Shown here: positions 43,699 to 59,552 of the stretch, one piece after another
Numbering within the stretch: position 1 is the stretch's first letter
Layout: each line of letters opens with the position of its first letter
Source of the DNA: the human T2T-CHM13v2.0 reference genome, Homo sapiens
Assembly: GCF_009914755.1 (NCBI RefSeq)
Contig: NC_060948.1
Strand: one strand, 5' to 3'
DNA length: 64,000 nt
Notes under the pieces: generated by a model
Seen by the model: only the letters and a program-made list of their open reading frames with translations
Told to the model about the DNA's origin: nothing
Database searches by the model: none
Translations under genes and position numbers: made by a program

Positions 43699-44297
43699 CA
43701 TCTATCTATCTACCATTCTATCTTTCGATCTATCTACCTACCTACCGACCTATCTACCAGTCATCTTATCTATCATATTCTCTATCTACCTATTATCCAC
43801 CTACCTATCTACCTACCTACCAACCATCTTTCTACCATATTCTCTGTCTACCTATCCGTCCATCCATCTACCTACCAATCATCTTTATCTATCATATTAT
43901 CTATCTATTCATCTATGTGTCTATCTACCTACCTAGCTAACTGTCTTCCAATCATCTTATCTGTCATATTCTCTTATCTACCTATTATCCATCTACCTAT
44001 CTACCTACCTACCAATAATCTTTCTACCTATGTATCATATTCTCTATATCTATCTATCTACCTGTCTATCATATACCTACCTACCTATCTATCTACCAGT
44101 CATCTTATCTATCCATCATATTATCTGTCTACCTATTTATCTATCCATCTATGTATCAATCATCTTTATCTATCATATTATCTATCATCTATCATGTATC
44201 AATATATCATCTGTCATCTATCTATTTTCTATCATCTTCTCTATCTTATTCTCTATCTATCTCTCTACCTACCAATCAGCTTATCTATCAACCATAT

Positions 44298-44350
<53 letters not shown>

Positions 44351-44427
44351 CCTATCTATCTATCATCTTCTCTATCATATTCTGTATCTACCTGTCTCTA
44401 CCTACCAATCGGCTTATCTATCAACCA

Positions 44428-44460
<33 letters not shown>

Positions 44461-44540
44461 CCTATCTATCATCTTCTCTATCGTATTCTGTATCTACCTG
44501 TCTCTCTACCTACCAATCAGCTTATCTATCAACCATATTC

Positions 44541-44585
<45 letters not shown>

Positions 44586-44635
44586 TATCTTATCTATCTA
44601 TTATCTGTCTATCTACTTGTCTTCCTATCTATCTG
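43699..44635. repeat. Degenerate (TCTA)n field with ~105-130-bp higher-order blocks
   Basis: CTACCTACCAATC(A/G)GCTTATCTATCAACCATATT occurs three times (~44265, ~44398, ~44506). Confidence 0.93.
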
Positions 44636-44920
44636 AAACTCTATGTTTAAAACTCTGACTTCTAAAAACATTATAATAGACATTATTAATGAACACCTAT
44701 TGTATGCCAGCCTTTGCTTATCTTATTTCTTTTTCTTCATGCCTGTTTTGAAAGATAGATATTATCCCTGTTTTGCAAAGTGATGTTCAGAAATAAATGG
44801 TTTGACAAGAGTCACATTAGCCAATAAACCCTTCAGCCTGGTTCAGTCTTGAAGCTTTCTGAGGATGAAGATAGCTTTACTACACCATTGGTTTACCAAG
44901 TAGGGATGATGTGAGGGTGT

Positions 44921-45220
44921 TTGTTTGTTTGTTTGTTTGAGACAGAGTCTCACTCTGTCACCGCAGGCTGGGGTGCAGTGGCGCGATCTCGGCTCATGAA
45001 ACTTCCACCTCCCAGGTTCAAGCAATTCTCCTGCTTCAGCCTCCCAAGTAGCTGGGATTACAGGAACTCACCGCCATGCCTGGCTAATTTTTGTGTTTTT
45101 AGTAGAGACGGGGTTTCACCACGTTGGCCAGGCTGGTCTCAAACTCCTGACCTTAGGTGATCCACCCACCTCGGCCTCCCAAATTGCTGGGATTACAGGC
45201 ATGAGCCACCGCGCCCGACC
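44921..45220 (-). mobile_element. AluS SINE
   Basis: (TTTG)n tail plus Alu body. Confidence 0.9.
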
Positions 45221-46111
45221 GAGGGTTCATGTTTAAAATGCAGATTCCCTTAGACGTTGGTGTGCCTGCACGTGCGTGTGACTATAAAGAAACAGAATGA
45301 GAAAAATTGGGGGAGGCGATAGAACTATTCTGTATCTCGAACATGATGCCATTTACATGTTTCAAAAATGTGTTGAAGTTCATAGAACTGCATATCATGA
45401 AAATCAATTTTATAGTATGATAATTTAAAATGTATTTTTTTTGAAAATGTAAAAAACAAAAAAAGCAGATTCCTAAATCCTATTCCAACCCTACTGAAAC
45501 ATAATCTCTCTTTTAAACAAGATGCCACATAACGGACACACTTCCCGAGAATGTAAAGTCTTATTCTGCATTCATCAGAAGGTGAATGTCTACAAGGCCT
45601 ATTTTATTGAATTTTTTTTTGTTACCTGCATGCATTCTTTCCATCTTCAGCGAAAGATGCAAAACGTATATTTGTAAATTAACTTTCCTGAAACTCCCCT
45701 CTGACCACCATTGTTTCCCCGCTAAGTGCGATTTTTATCCACAGTGATCCTTCCATGGTTTTTGCCAGGTGGCAGCGTTTTGATCAAAAGGACGCCTTTC
45801 ATGTCAAATAAATAAACCATCGCGTCTCACGGTTGTCCAGATTCCTGCTCGGTTTTTACAAAGCTTCTTTCAACTGGTGCCTGCAAGCCTTTCTCCGGGC
45901 ATTTTCTTTCTACAACGGGTTGGATGTACACGGATCAAACTGAAAGGAGAGGGAGGAGGAAGCGTGCGTGATGAGCCAGGAAAGATGCTTTAGGTATGTG
46001 ACTGTTAGAGCCCGGTGACATGAGGTGATACAGAGTCTGTGACTGCACTGTGCCAACGCCCTCGTGAAAATCAATATTCCTGTAACTGATTCTGCAACTT
46101 GGAATGACGTG

Positions 46112-46619
<508 letters not shown>

Positions 46620-46629
46620 TCGGACTCAA

Positions 46630-46764
46630 ATTTTTCTCCACTCTTCTCATGTCCAGAGAAAACAGCAAAGGCATAATTTGTATTAACTTTGAGATTACCA
46701 ATAAATTTTGGTGAATAAGCAAATTTGCAAATACAGAGTCTGTCCACAATGAGGAAGTACTGTA
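46630..46764. mobile_element. Tigger-type (MER82-like) terminal fragment
   Basis: AATAAATTTTGGTGAATAAGCAAATTTGCAAATACAGAGTCTG..AATGAGGA..ACTGTA. Confidence 0.55.
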
Positions 46765-46850
46765 CCCATGAAGACTACAGGGCCCTAAAAAATTGCTATG
46801 CAGTGGGATCCCTAATATTGCTCTCTCAGGTGAGTAGGAGCTGCCCCCAT

Positions 46851-47068
46851 TGTGGTCTGAATGTAGGGTTCTCTCCCAAATTCTTATGTTGAACTCTTCA
46901 TCCCCAAGATGATGACGTTAAGAAGTGGGGCCTTTGGGGGGTGATGAGGTCATGAGAGCGGAGCCTTCTGAATGGGATTAGTGCCCTTATAAAAGGGATC
47001 CTAGAGAGCTCACTTGTCCCTTCCACCGTGTGAGGACACACCAAGAAGTCACCGTCTATGAAACAGGA
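46851..47068 (+). mobile_element. MLT1A-type MaLR LTR, 5' part
   Basis: GGTCTGAATGT..CCCAAATTC.TATGTTGAA..GGGGCCTTTGGG..GAATGGGATTAGTGCCCTTATAAAAG..GTGAGGACAC. Confidence 0.8.
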
Positions 47069-48935
47069 TAGGTAGGTGGGTGGAGGGATGAGTGAATGGA
47101 TGGATGGAAGAGTGGACAAATGGATGGATGATGGATGGGTGAGTGGGTGGATTAATTGTTGTATAGATGGATAGATGGTTGGATGGATAGACGGATGAGC
47201 AGATGAATGGATGGATGAATGGATGAGTGGATGGGTGGATGGAAGAGTGGACAGATGGATGGGTGAGTGGGTGGATTAATGGTTACATAGATGGCTGGAT
47301 GGGCTGACGGATGCATGATGGATAAGCAGATGAGTGGATGGATGAATGGATGGGTGAATGGATGGATGGGTGGATGGGTGGATGGAAGAGTGGACAGATG
47401 GATGGGTGAGTGGGTGGATTAATGGTTACATAGATGGCTGGATGGGCTGACGGATGCATGATGGATAAGCAGATGAGTGGATGGATGAATGGATGGGTGA
47501 ATGGATGGATGGGTGGGTGGGTGGATGGAAGAGTGGACAGATGGATGGGTGAGTGGGTGGACTAAAGGTTGTATAGATGGCTAGATGGACAGATGGATGA
47601 GCAGATGAGTGGATGGATGAATGGATGGATGAATGGATGGAGGGATGGATGGATGGATAGATGGATGGAAGTGTGGACAGACGGATGGGTGAGTGGGTGG
47701 ATTAATGATTGTATAGATGGCTGGATGGGTAGATGGATGCATGATGGATGAGTAGATGAATAGACGGATGAATGGATGGGTGGATGGATGGATGGAAGAG
47801 TGGACAGATGGATGAGTGAGTGGGTAGATTAATGGTTGTATAGATGGTTGGATGGATAGATGGATGCATGATGGATGAGCAGATGCGTGGATGGATGGAA
47901 TGATGGGTGGATGGGTGTATGCATGGATGGATAGATGGATAGCTGGATGAGTGGATGGATGGATGGGTGGATTAATGGTTGTATAGATGGCTGGATGGGT
48001 AGATGGATGTATGATGGATAAGCAGATGACTGGATGGATGGATGGGTGGATGGGTGTATGGATGGATGGATGGGTGGATGGATAGCTGGATGGGTGGATG
48101 GATGGGTGAATTAATGGATGATGGATGATGGATGAGTGAATGGGTAGATGGGTGGGTGGATAGATGATAAATGGGAATGGGTGGATGGATGGGTGGTAGA
48201 TAGATTGATGAGTGGATAGATGGATACATGATAGATGGGTGGATGGGTGGATCAATGGGCAGATAGATGGATGAGTGGATAGGTGTATAGATGGGTGTAG
48301 GGGTAGAGGAATGGATTGATGATGGATGGGATGATGGATGGATAATGAATGAGTGGATGGGTGGATGGATGAATGGGTGAATGAGTGGATGGATGGGTGG
48401 ATGAGTGGATCAATGGGCAGGTGGATGAGTGGATGAAAGGTTAGATGAGTGGATGGATGGGTGTATGAGTAGATAGATGGATGAATGATGAATGATTGGA
48501 TAGATGGATGGGTGGGTGGATGCATGGATGGATGGATGGGTATATGAGTAGATGGATGGATGGTGGATGGATAAATGGATGGATGATGGATGAGTTAATG
48601 GGTGGATAGATGGATGGACAGATGGGTGGATGCATGGATGGATGGGTGGATGGATGGATGGGTGGGTAGGTGGATGGATGGATAGGTGGGTAGGTGAATG
48701 AGTGGATGGCTGGGTGGATAAATGAGTGGATGGATGAATGGGTGGACAGATAAGTGGATGGGTCGATTAGTAAATGGATGTATGGATGGACGGATGTGTT
48801 TGTGAATGGAAAGATGGATGAATGGATAAGTAGGTGGGTGGATGGTTGTATGAATGAATAGGTGGATGCATAGGTGAATGGATGAATGAACAGGTGGATG
48901 GGTATGTGGATGAACGAGAGATAGATGAGTAGATA
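47069..48935. repeat. Degenerate (GGAT)n field, ~1.9 kb, with higher-order blocks
   Basis: GGAAGAGTGGACAGATGGATGGGTGAGTGGGTGGATTAAT-like block recurs about 6 times. Confidence 0.95.
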
Positions 48936-49111
48936 AGTCCAGACATGATTTTTACTCTATGTGTTCCTGTTTACTTTGCCTTTGCCTCGTCGTCTTCCAA
49001 GACAATATATTGGTTTGCAGATATTCAGGAAATTATTTTAGAAATGTGCTTTGGGAACAACATAGACACACTCTGAATAAAGGCAGAGTCCTCCTAAAGA
49101 AGACTCATGTC

Positions 49112-49724
49112 TTTTTTTTTATTATTATACTTTAAGTTTTAGGGTACATGTGCACAACGTGCAGGTTCGTTACATATGTATACATGTGCCATGTTGGTGT
49201 GCTGCACCCATTAACTCATCATTTAACATTAGGTATCTCTCCTAATGCTATCCCTCCCCCATCCCCACACCCCACAACAGGCCCTGGTGTGTGATGTTCC
49301 CCACGCTGTGTCCATGTGTTCTCATTGTTCATTTCCCACCTATGAGTGAGAAAATGCGGTGTTTGGTTTTTAGTCCTTGTGATAGTTTGCTGAGAATGAT
49401 GGTTTCCAGCTTCATCCATTTCCCTACAAAGGACATAAAATCATCATTTTTTATGGCTGCATAGTATTCCATGGTGTATATGTGCCACATTTTCTTTATC
49501 CAGTTTATCATTGTTGGACATTCGGGTTGGTTCCAAGTCTTTGCTATTGTGAATAGTGCCTCAATAAACATACGTGTGCATGTGTCTTTATAGCAGCATG
49601 ATTTATACTCCTTTGGGTATATATCCAGTAATGGGATGGCTGGGTCAAATGGTATTTCTAGTTCTAGATCCCTGAGGAATCGCCACACTGACTTCCGCAA
49701 TGGTTGAACTAGTTTACAGTCCCA
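49112..49724 (-). mobile_element. 5'-truncated L1PA (primate L1) 3' end: ORF2 C-terminus + 3'UTR
   Basis: Translation WDCKLVQPL..EIPFDPAIPLL..TCTRMFI..KKMWHIYTMEYYAAIKND..FSLIGG; TSD GAAGACTCAT(G/T)TCTT at 49099-49113 and 49726-49740. Confidence 0.95.
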
Positions 49725-49744
49725 GGAAGACTCATTTCTTATCC

Positions 49745-50300
49745 ACTCCCCCGAGATAACTGCCATTGTCACTTAATACCCTTCCAGAACATTTTCCACA
49801 CATTTAGACACATTTGGACCTGTTGTTGCATGTGTGTGACTTGTGAAAACATTCATAGAGTCACGTTGTATTGTTGCTTGTAGATTCCCCAAGTTACTTT
49901 TCTCACTCAACAACCTGTGTTGGAGATATTCCCCACCAGCACACAGAGGTCCACTTTCTCATTTTATCTGTTCGATGTGATCCACAGTATGGATCCATCA
50001 AGTCCCCCGTTGGGCGAACAATTAGAGTCTGCCCGTTTTTCTGCTATCAGAGTCATTGCTGCAACAAGCATGCTTCCCCATGCTACGTCGTGCCTGAGTA
50101 TGAGAGTTTCTCCAGGGTAGACACTTAGAAGTGGGATTGCCTGGTCAGAAGAAAACCTGCACTTAATTGTCGTGGACAGCACTGACTTTCCCTCCAATCT
50201 GTGGTTCCAATTTCCCGTCCCACATAAGGAGATAATTGCCTTACATCCTGCAACCACTTGCCACGATCACACTTTGCAATGTTTTTGCTATTATAAGCAA
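49745..50300 (-). mobile_element. Highly diverged L1M remnant
   Basis: GAGAGTTTCTCCAGGGTAGACACTTAGAAGTGGGATTGCCTGGTCA resembles L1 ORF2 3' sequence. Confidence 0.55.
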
Positions 50301-50597
50301 TTGAGCAATGACACGCTCTTTTCTTTTTAACTTGTAAAAATTTATTATAGAAAGGAAAAGGCAGAGAACAGCCATAGAAAGGACAAATAATGGCATGTGT
50401 TACTAGTCATTCCTGTTAGGAAATTAACAGGGGAAACAGTGTAGGAAATGCTACTTGTGATGATAGTACTGCAATGTATTGAATACTTACCATGTGCAAT
50501 GAGACAGTCTTGTCTCTGCTGCCTCATAAGACTCTCTCAGCTGCCTGCACTCCCTATAGTGCTGCTAACATTGTGTTTTACACAGCCATATACAGAT

Positions 50598-52683
50598 ATA
50601 AAAAATATATAATATATATTTTATAGATAATATAATTATATATAACTATATAAAATTACATAATATATAATAAATTATATATTATAGATAATATATAATA
50701 ATTATAAATATAGATAATATATAATAATTATAAATATTATAGATAATATATAATAATTACATATTATAGATAATATACAATAATTACATATTATAGCTAA
50801 TATATAATAATTACATATTATAGATAATATACAATAATTACATATTATAGCTAATATATAATAATTACATATTATAGATAATATGTAATAATTATAAATA
50901 TTATAGATAATATATAATTACATATTATAGATAATATATAATAATTATAAATATTATAGATAATATATAATAATTACATATTATAGATAATATACAATAA
51001 TTACATATTATAGATAATATATAATAATTACATATTATAGATAATATATAATAATTATAAATATTATAGATAATATATAATAATTACATATTATAGATAA
51101 TATATAATAATTATATTATAGATAATATATAATAATTACATATTATAGATAATATATAATAATTATATTATAGGTAATATATGATAATTATATATTATAG
51201 ATAATATATGAAAATAATTATATATTATAGATAATATATGATAATTATATATTATAGATAATATATGATAATTATATATTATAGATAATATATGATAATT
51301 ATATATTATAGATAATATATAATTACATACAATATATATTTTATATAAAATATATAATTACATATATTTTATATAAATATATAATTACATATATTTTATA
51401 TAATATATAATTACATATATTATATAAAATATATAATTACATATAATACATCTTTTATATAAAATATATATTATATATAACATATAATTATAATATATTA
51501 TATAACTATATCTTTTATAATATAAAATATTATATATAATATATAATATATAATTATATATTATACATGCTTATAAAATATAATATATAGTATATTATGT
51601 TATCAAATATATAATATATTATATGATATATAATATAATATATAATTATATATTATATATGCTTACAAAATATATTATAAAATATAATATATAGCATATT
51701 TTATATTATCAAATATATTATATAATATATAATATCATATATTATCATCTATATCATATATATCAATTACATATATCATATATAAAATATAATATATAAT
51801 ATCTATTGTATAATATAATATATGATATAATGTATTATATCATGTATAATATATCATGTATAATATATTATATTATATCATGTATAATATAATATATCAT
51901 GTAATAATATAATATATTATATCATGTATAATATAATATATTATATCATGTATAATATAATACACATTATATATTATATCATGTATAATATAATACACAT
52001 TATATATTATATCATGTATTATATAATACACATTATATATTATATCATGTATTATATAATACACATTATATATTATATCATGTATTATATAATATATAGT
52101 ATATTGTATCATGTATTATATAATATATAGTATATTGTATCATGTATTATATAATATATAGTATATTGTATCGTGTATTATATAATATATAGTATATTGT
52201 ATCGTGTATTATATAATATATAGTATATTGTATCGTGTATTATATAATATATAGTATATTGTATCGTGTATTATATAATACATAGTATATTATATCGTGT
52301 ATTATATAATACATAGTATATTATATCGTGTATTATATAATACATAGTATATTATATCGTGTATTATATAATACATAGTATATTATATCGTGTATTATAT
52401 AATATATAGTATATTATATCGTGTATTATATAATATATAGTATATTATATCGTGTATTATATAATATATAGTATATTATATCGTGTATTATATAATATAT
52501 AGTATATTATATCGTGTATTATATAATATATAGTATATTATATCGTGTATTATATAATATATAGTATATTATATCGTGTATTATATAATATATGATATAA
52601 TATATAATTATATAAAAATATATAATTATATATTATATATAAAACGATGTATACATAAAATATATATATACACACTATATATA

Positions 52684-52685
<2 letters not shown>
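50598..52685. repeat. AT-rich compound minisatellite (27-bp, 33-bp and 31-bp unit arrays)
   Basis: Period 27 (TTACAT at 51001/51028), 33 (TACACA at 51961/51994), 31 (ATCGTG at 52201/52232). Confidence 0.93.
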
Positions 52686-53322
<637 letters not shown>

Positions 53323-53347
53323 TGAGAATGAGCTGGCTCTGGAAAAT

Positions 53348-53532
53348 CAAGGCAGGAGGATCACTTGAGTCCAGGAGCTCAAGACCAGCCTGGGCAACAC
53401 AGCAAGACCCCTATCTCTCTCTAAAAAAAAAAAAAAATTAGCAAGCATGGTGGTGAATGCCTGTGGTTTCATCAGTGAGGTGTGATCATGCCGCTGTACT
53501 CGAGCCCGAGGAACAGAGCAAGACCCTGTCTT
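53348..53532 (+). mobile_element. Deleted AluJ-like fragment
   Basis: GGCAGGAGGATCACTTGAG..ACAGAGCAAGACCCTGTCT. Confidence 0.75.
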
Positions 53533-54051
53533 GGGGGGGAAGAAACCCAAAAAAACAGAGAAAGAATAAACTATCATAATGCTTAATTTTGTGTGCATTT
53601 ATTTAGCAGTGGGAACCAAATTGGCCTCCCCTAGGTAATTCAGCTATTCGTCTGAATTATGTGGGTTACTGTGTTACAGTCATCTCTTGTTTGATTTTAG
53701 TGAAACTGACTTAATTTTGCATACAAAAGCTGGTTCTAGGATCCTACCCCCCCAAGACAGGTTAGTTATGACGGGCAATCTCTCGACCTCATGCCTGACA
53801 TCTTACATGTGTCGAGAAATCAAGAAGGTCGAAATATAAGTGGAGAGGTTGACGCTCCATTCTGGGGCAGCCCTGTAACTGTCCACCAATGTTGTGTCTG
53901 AGCTGGGCTGTGTCCATGAGCTTCCTGTTGTATTCTAGGGGCTCATAAGTTCAGAAAGATACTCAAATGGGGAGTTTTGTCCTGATGAAACCCAGGATGG
54001 AATACAGGACAAAAAAATACATTAATATTTGAGTCTTCTTAAGAAAGTCTA

Positions 54052-54351
54052 GGCCGGGCGCGGTGGCTCACGCCTGTAACCCCAGCACTTTGGGAGGCCG
54101 AGGATGGAGGATCGCCTGAGGTCAGGTGTTCGAGACCAGCCTGGCCAACATGGTGAAACCCTCTTTCTACTAAGGATACGAAAATTAGCCAGGAGTTGGG
54201 GCGGGTTCCTGTCATCCCAGCTACTCGGGAGGCTGAGGCAGGAGAATTGCTTGAATCCTGGGAGGCGGAGGTTGCAGTGAGCTGAGATTGTGCCACTGCA
54301 CTCCAGCCTGGATGATGACAAACTCTGTCTCAAAACAAAACAAAACAAAAA
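54052..54351 (+). mobile_element. AluS SINE
   Basis: GGCCGGGCGCGG start, (AAAAC)n tail. Confidence 0.92.
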
Positions 54352-54939
54352 GTGGAAACTGGAAACAGCTTTTATGCTCTTTTATTTCAATAGTTTACAG
54401 AACCCAGGATGGTATCCAATGAGAGCTTGCATTCAGGCATGGGGAAGACACCGTTGAGAAGAATGAAAATGATTACAATCATGCAGAAAAAGAAACTTGG
54501 GCACCCAAAACACACCCAGGAAAATGAGGGAAGGGAAAGTATTTGAATTTGACTAGCAATGACAAGCCGCAGATACATGAGCTCAGAGGACTGTGGCTGG
54601 ACAGACATCAAGGGTGGACAGAACCCAGCCTGTCAGGACTGACACCCTAGGGTTGTCCGTCTACAAATCGGCTCCTGATTGGTCTACCGGGGACTGTGGT
54701 CCACGGTCATTGAAAAATATGTCATGGAGGCTCCACGTACACTCAAGCTGTGGGCAGACAGTTCCATGATGGGACTGCACCTCGTATCAGAAAGGGCCTC
54801 CCATCCTCCCCTTCTTTAATTCCACCCTTCTGACGTCCGACTACTTCACTCCATACAACCACATGTCCTCAAGACAATGGGCAACGGATGCCGTTTGGTT
54901 CAGTGGAGGCAAGAAACATGATTTATGAATGTTGTTTAC

Positions 54940-56195
54940 GTTTTAACAATTTAAATTTATGTTTATTATATTAAATATAATTTTATATTTTTATAATGAA
55001 TATAAAAATTATTATATTTTAAATAGTTTAAAAATATGAAATTATTTTAATTTTATAAATATATTAAACGTATTTGTGTTTTTATAAAATATATAAAATT
55101 ATATATTTATAATTTTTAAAATATAAAATTATTTTAATTTTATAAATATATTTATAGTTTTTATAAATATATTAATAAACATATTTCTATTTTATAAAAT
55201 ATATAAAATTATATATTTATAATTTTATAATATATCTAATAAATATATTATAATATCATATAACATATTATATATCATAATATATAGCTAATAAATATAA
55301 TATATAATATATACTAAAATATTTAATAAAGATGTTTTTAAATATAAAATATATATTATTTATTTATATAAATACATATTTTATATATTTATAATTAATA
55401 TATAAAATATTGGTATAAAATAATTTATTAAAATAATTTAAATTTTCATAATTTAAATTATATTTATTATATTAAATGTAATAACTTCATATGTTTATAA
55501 TTAATATAAAATATTTATTAAACAATAATTTATTCTAAAAGCTCTCAGAATTTCAAAGCTAATATTTGACTTTTTAAAAAATTAAGTGCTAAGTTTGTAT
55601 AAAAATTTTAATATGACATAAAATTTTTATTTCTATAATTAATATAAAAATACTTATTGTATTTTTAATAAATAATTTTGAAAATATTAATTGTATTTTT
55701 AATATTTTGAAAATATTACAAAAATATTTTAATTTTATAATATGTTAACAAATATGTTAAATATACTTACAATTTTATAAATATATTATAATAAATATAT
55801 TAAATATATTATAAATATAAATATATAATATAACAAATATGTTAAAATATAAATATATAACACATATATTAAAATATTAGGAAATATATTATAATTGTAT
55901 TTTAAAGATTTTATAGGTTTATAATTAATATATAAAATATTTATTAAAATAATTTATTATAATTATTTAATTTTAATAATTTAAATTTAAATTTATTATA
56001 TTAAATATAATAATTTTATATTTTTACAATTAATATGAAAATATTTATTAAGTAATAATTTATTCTGACAGCTCTCAGAATTTCAAAGCTAATACTTGAC
56101 TTGTTTCTTTAAAAAAACTAAACTATTTGACTTGCTTCTTAAAAAAAAACAAGCACTAAGAGTTTGTATAAAAAATCTTAATATGACATAAAAAT
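54940..56195. repeat. AT-rich low-complexity block containing a ~530-bp-period duplication
   Basis: GCTCTCAGAATTTCAAAGCTAATA at 55541 and 56071. Confidence 0.88.
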
Positions 56196-57579
56196 GAATG
56201 CCAGAGAGTCCATACATCAGAAGTCCAGATAAGCTCTTTTTTTGGCATGTGGGATTTTTATTCATAAATTTTTTTAACTCTTTATACACCTCATCATACG
56301 TTTTCGTGTTGAGGATTTCCTTTGACGTTCTCATTGGCTGTTGGAGCAAGATAAGATCCCATTTGGGGCTGTCATGCATGAGCCCCTTTGCTGAGGATGT
56401 GCAGAATGGGGTGTCTGAGGTCTACCTGCGTGGAACCAGGTGCACCTGCCGATCTTGCTGACACGCAAGGGAATTTTGCACGTTCATCAACAGGCAAATG
56501 AATCCCCGCGTCTTTAAGGGCCTGCTACAGTTAATAGATGATCCACCGTGTCATGTCACAGCCCAGATGAGTGACAAGCCAGTGCCGACAGAGAGTGACA
56601 TGTGTCTGTCACTTTGCTGACAGCCCTGGCACATTCTGCAAAATGCCTCAGCTCCTGCTGCCTAATTTTCTGCTGTGAGAGCCAGGTGGCTTCCTTTGGT
56701 CTCCACAGGAAACAAAATGTCTCAGAAATCTTTCCCCAAAGCACAGGCTTCATACATTCATGGGGTCTCACCGTGTTGGGAGAACGGTGGCAGAATCAGA
56801 AAGGTGACGGGGGCTAGCTGGGAACACCTGTGTGCGGATTCTTCAGAATCTGTAACAGCCTGGTTTGCAGACTCAAGGGGACTGTGGGCACTGGGAGATT
56901 CCTGAAGGCAGGTGGGTGGTTGGAAGGATGTGAAAAGATTCAGTTGGATCCCAGGGGTGGTGGGTCAAAGGCATTTCCTGTGTTCACAGCTGGTTGCCAC
57001 TGACGCCTGTTGCCACGGATGCCTGGTGTACAGGGCGTGGTTCTTTTCTCAGGTGAATACCCAACAGTCAAGTTATCCCAGTCCATCTGGATCACCTGCA
57101 AACAGATGCACCATTCATGCCCCACCTCAGGTCTTGTTCTTTTCTTCAGCACACTCCTGGCTTACACCTGTGTGCTCAGATGCAGAGGTAAAGCATTTTA
57201 AGGACACCTGCAGGAATCTGTCCGGTGGCAATGACCCATTCGGGCCCAAGAAAGTGTAAGAGTGATGCCTTCTTGCTCTGCTCTCATCTGGAAGCGCCTC
57301 TCTCCCTTGCCATGGAGAGGCTGGCCATGTAATGCTCACTGTGGCTCTTTCAGATACGTCATCTCCCCATTTTAAAGATGAAGAAGAGTCAGTCTCATTC
57401 CTCAGCACCAGTAGTAACGGGGGGAGTTGGGCTGACTCCAAACCTGCTCCCAAAGATAGCACTAACAAATGCTGGTAAGGTGGTGGTCACAAAGAGTGTC
57501 ATCAACTCCAGATAGCAACCGGGTCTCCTTACCAGAAAACCTAACAGGCGTTGGTTTGATAGATGCATCATTGTGTATG

Positions 57580-58130
57580 TCTCTATCCATCTATGCATTC
57601 TCCATCTATCCATCTATCATCTCTCCATTCACCTACTCATCTATCAATCTATCCATTCATCTATCCATTCTTTATATCTATTTCTCTATCTATCCATCTA
57701 TTTATTTATCCATCATCCGTCTGTCATCTATTTATATTCTGTCATCTCTCTTTCAATCTTCTATCTACCCTATCTATCTACTACCTAAAGCTATCTGTAT
57801 TCTATCTATCCAAACATCATCTGACTATCATCTACCTACCTACATCTATCATCTCTCTAGCTCTGTCTATATATCTATCTATATCATCTCTATATCAGTC
57901 ATCTATTCCTCTATCTATTATCTATCTATCTATCATCTATCATCTATCTACCATCTATCTATCGATACATCTATGTATCAATCATCTATCTCTCAATCAG
58001 TACATCTGTCAATGTATCAATCATCTATCTATATCAGTACATCTGTACGTATCAATCATCTATCATGTATCTATCTATACATCTGTATATCTATCTATCT
58101 CAGTACATCTGTCTACGTATCAATCATCTG
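57580..58130. repeat. Degenerate (TCTA)n field
   Basis: Direct reading. Confidence 0.92.
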
Positions 58131-58949
58131 ATTGAAGAAAAGGCTCGGAGACGGAGTCTATGTCACCAGCATAGGAAAAGCAGGATGTGGCTTCCATTCC
58201 TTGAAACCTCTGTCTTCCTCCTGATTTACAAGTCCTGTCTGAGATTCTCCTCTGGTGTTTATTTGCTGTTTTTCTTGTGAAGCCAGATTTCCAAGCATAT
58301 TTTCACATTGGTTTTGAAGGTCCTGATGGAAAACATGTGCCTGGAGATAAATGTGCTTTAACCAAATGTGTGTCTTCTGGAACATTCTCTGGATAGCTCT
58401 AGCCAGTGAGGAGTAAGGACAGCTGCTTCCTTTGGACCCTACACTGACCATTGTTTGTCTCTACCTGCACAACCTCTATCTCTCCTCCAGTTTAAGCAAC
58501 CAGTTTCCTGCAGGTGAACATCCTGGCACCATAATTGGCTCAAAGATGGGCATAGGACTCAGTGCAAGCCCTGAGTTTGTGCAGAAACTGAGCAGTGTAA
58601 CAGCCTGGGAGGAAGTCCTGGAGGGACTTGAGCAAGATGACTTATCAGAGACAGAATCTGAGGAGAAGGCTCAGAACTTACCTCTAATCTCTTGCATGTT
58701 GAACCCAACAACTCAAATGAAAACCAGAGCTCATGGTTGCTGTTGAGACAGTCCACACTTTCCAGCCTCCTGAAGCAGAGAGTGGAGAAGAATGAAGAGG
58801 AACTGGGGAGGTAGAGGCTCTCTTGGGTTTATTGTAATACTTGAGTGAGTTAGCCCTTTTGAACAAACTTGACATTGAGCAGGTGTTGATTACAAATGAG
58901 ATGTTTCCTGTGTTACTCATGGACACCCAGAAGAGGCAGGGTATTAGAA

Positions 58950-59150
58950 AGGGTATTAGCTTCCACTGGCTGCTGTAACGAAAATGATGACAGACTTCAT
59001 CTTAGTTTATTTTGTACTTCTATAAAAGAGTGCCACTGATTAGGTAATTTATAAACAATGGGAGTTCATTGGTCTCATGGTTCCGAGGGCTGGAAAGTCT
59101 GAGGTTGAGGTGCTATGTCTGGTGAGGATCTTTTTGCTGTGTCATCCATT
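58950..59150 (-). mobile_element. MaLR (MST-like) LTR fragment
   Basis: GGTAATTTATAAACAA..TCTCATGGTTC..GGCTGGAAAGTC..TCTGGTGAGG..TGCTGTGTCATCC. Confidence 0.6.
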
Positions 59151-59552
59151 GTGAACTATCTCTTCGAGGTACTTCATATCCCCACTTCAGAGATGGAGAA
59201 ACTGAGGTTGAAGAATGGTCAGTCTTATTGCTCAGCCCCAGTGATGGGTGGAGTTGGGTTGACTTCAAACCTACTCTGAAATATAACATTAAGAAATGCT
59301 GGCAATATGGCGGTCACCAATAGTGTTCATCAACTCCAGAGGGCAAGGAGGTCTCGTAACTAGAAAACCTCACAGCTATTGCTGAAGGAAGGGCACAGAA
59401 TTGAATTCAACATGGTTGACTCCTTGAAACCTCCATCTTCCCTCTGACGTACAGCAAGTCCTGCCTGAGATTCTCCTCTGGTGATTGTTTGCTGTTTTTC
59501 AACTGGACCAGCTCCAGAGCCCAAGCTAACTGGGGTAATGACGAGGGGAGGG

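Noticed and set aside
49329-49772. Active L1 ORF2 gene
   Set aside because: Only the last ~130 codons of ORF2 are present; the element is 5'-truncated and the ORF start lies in flanking DNA
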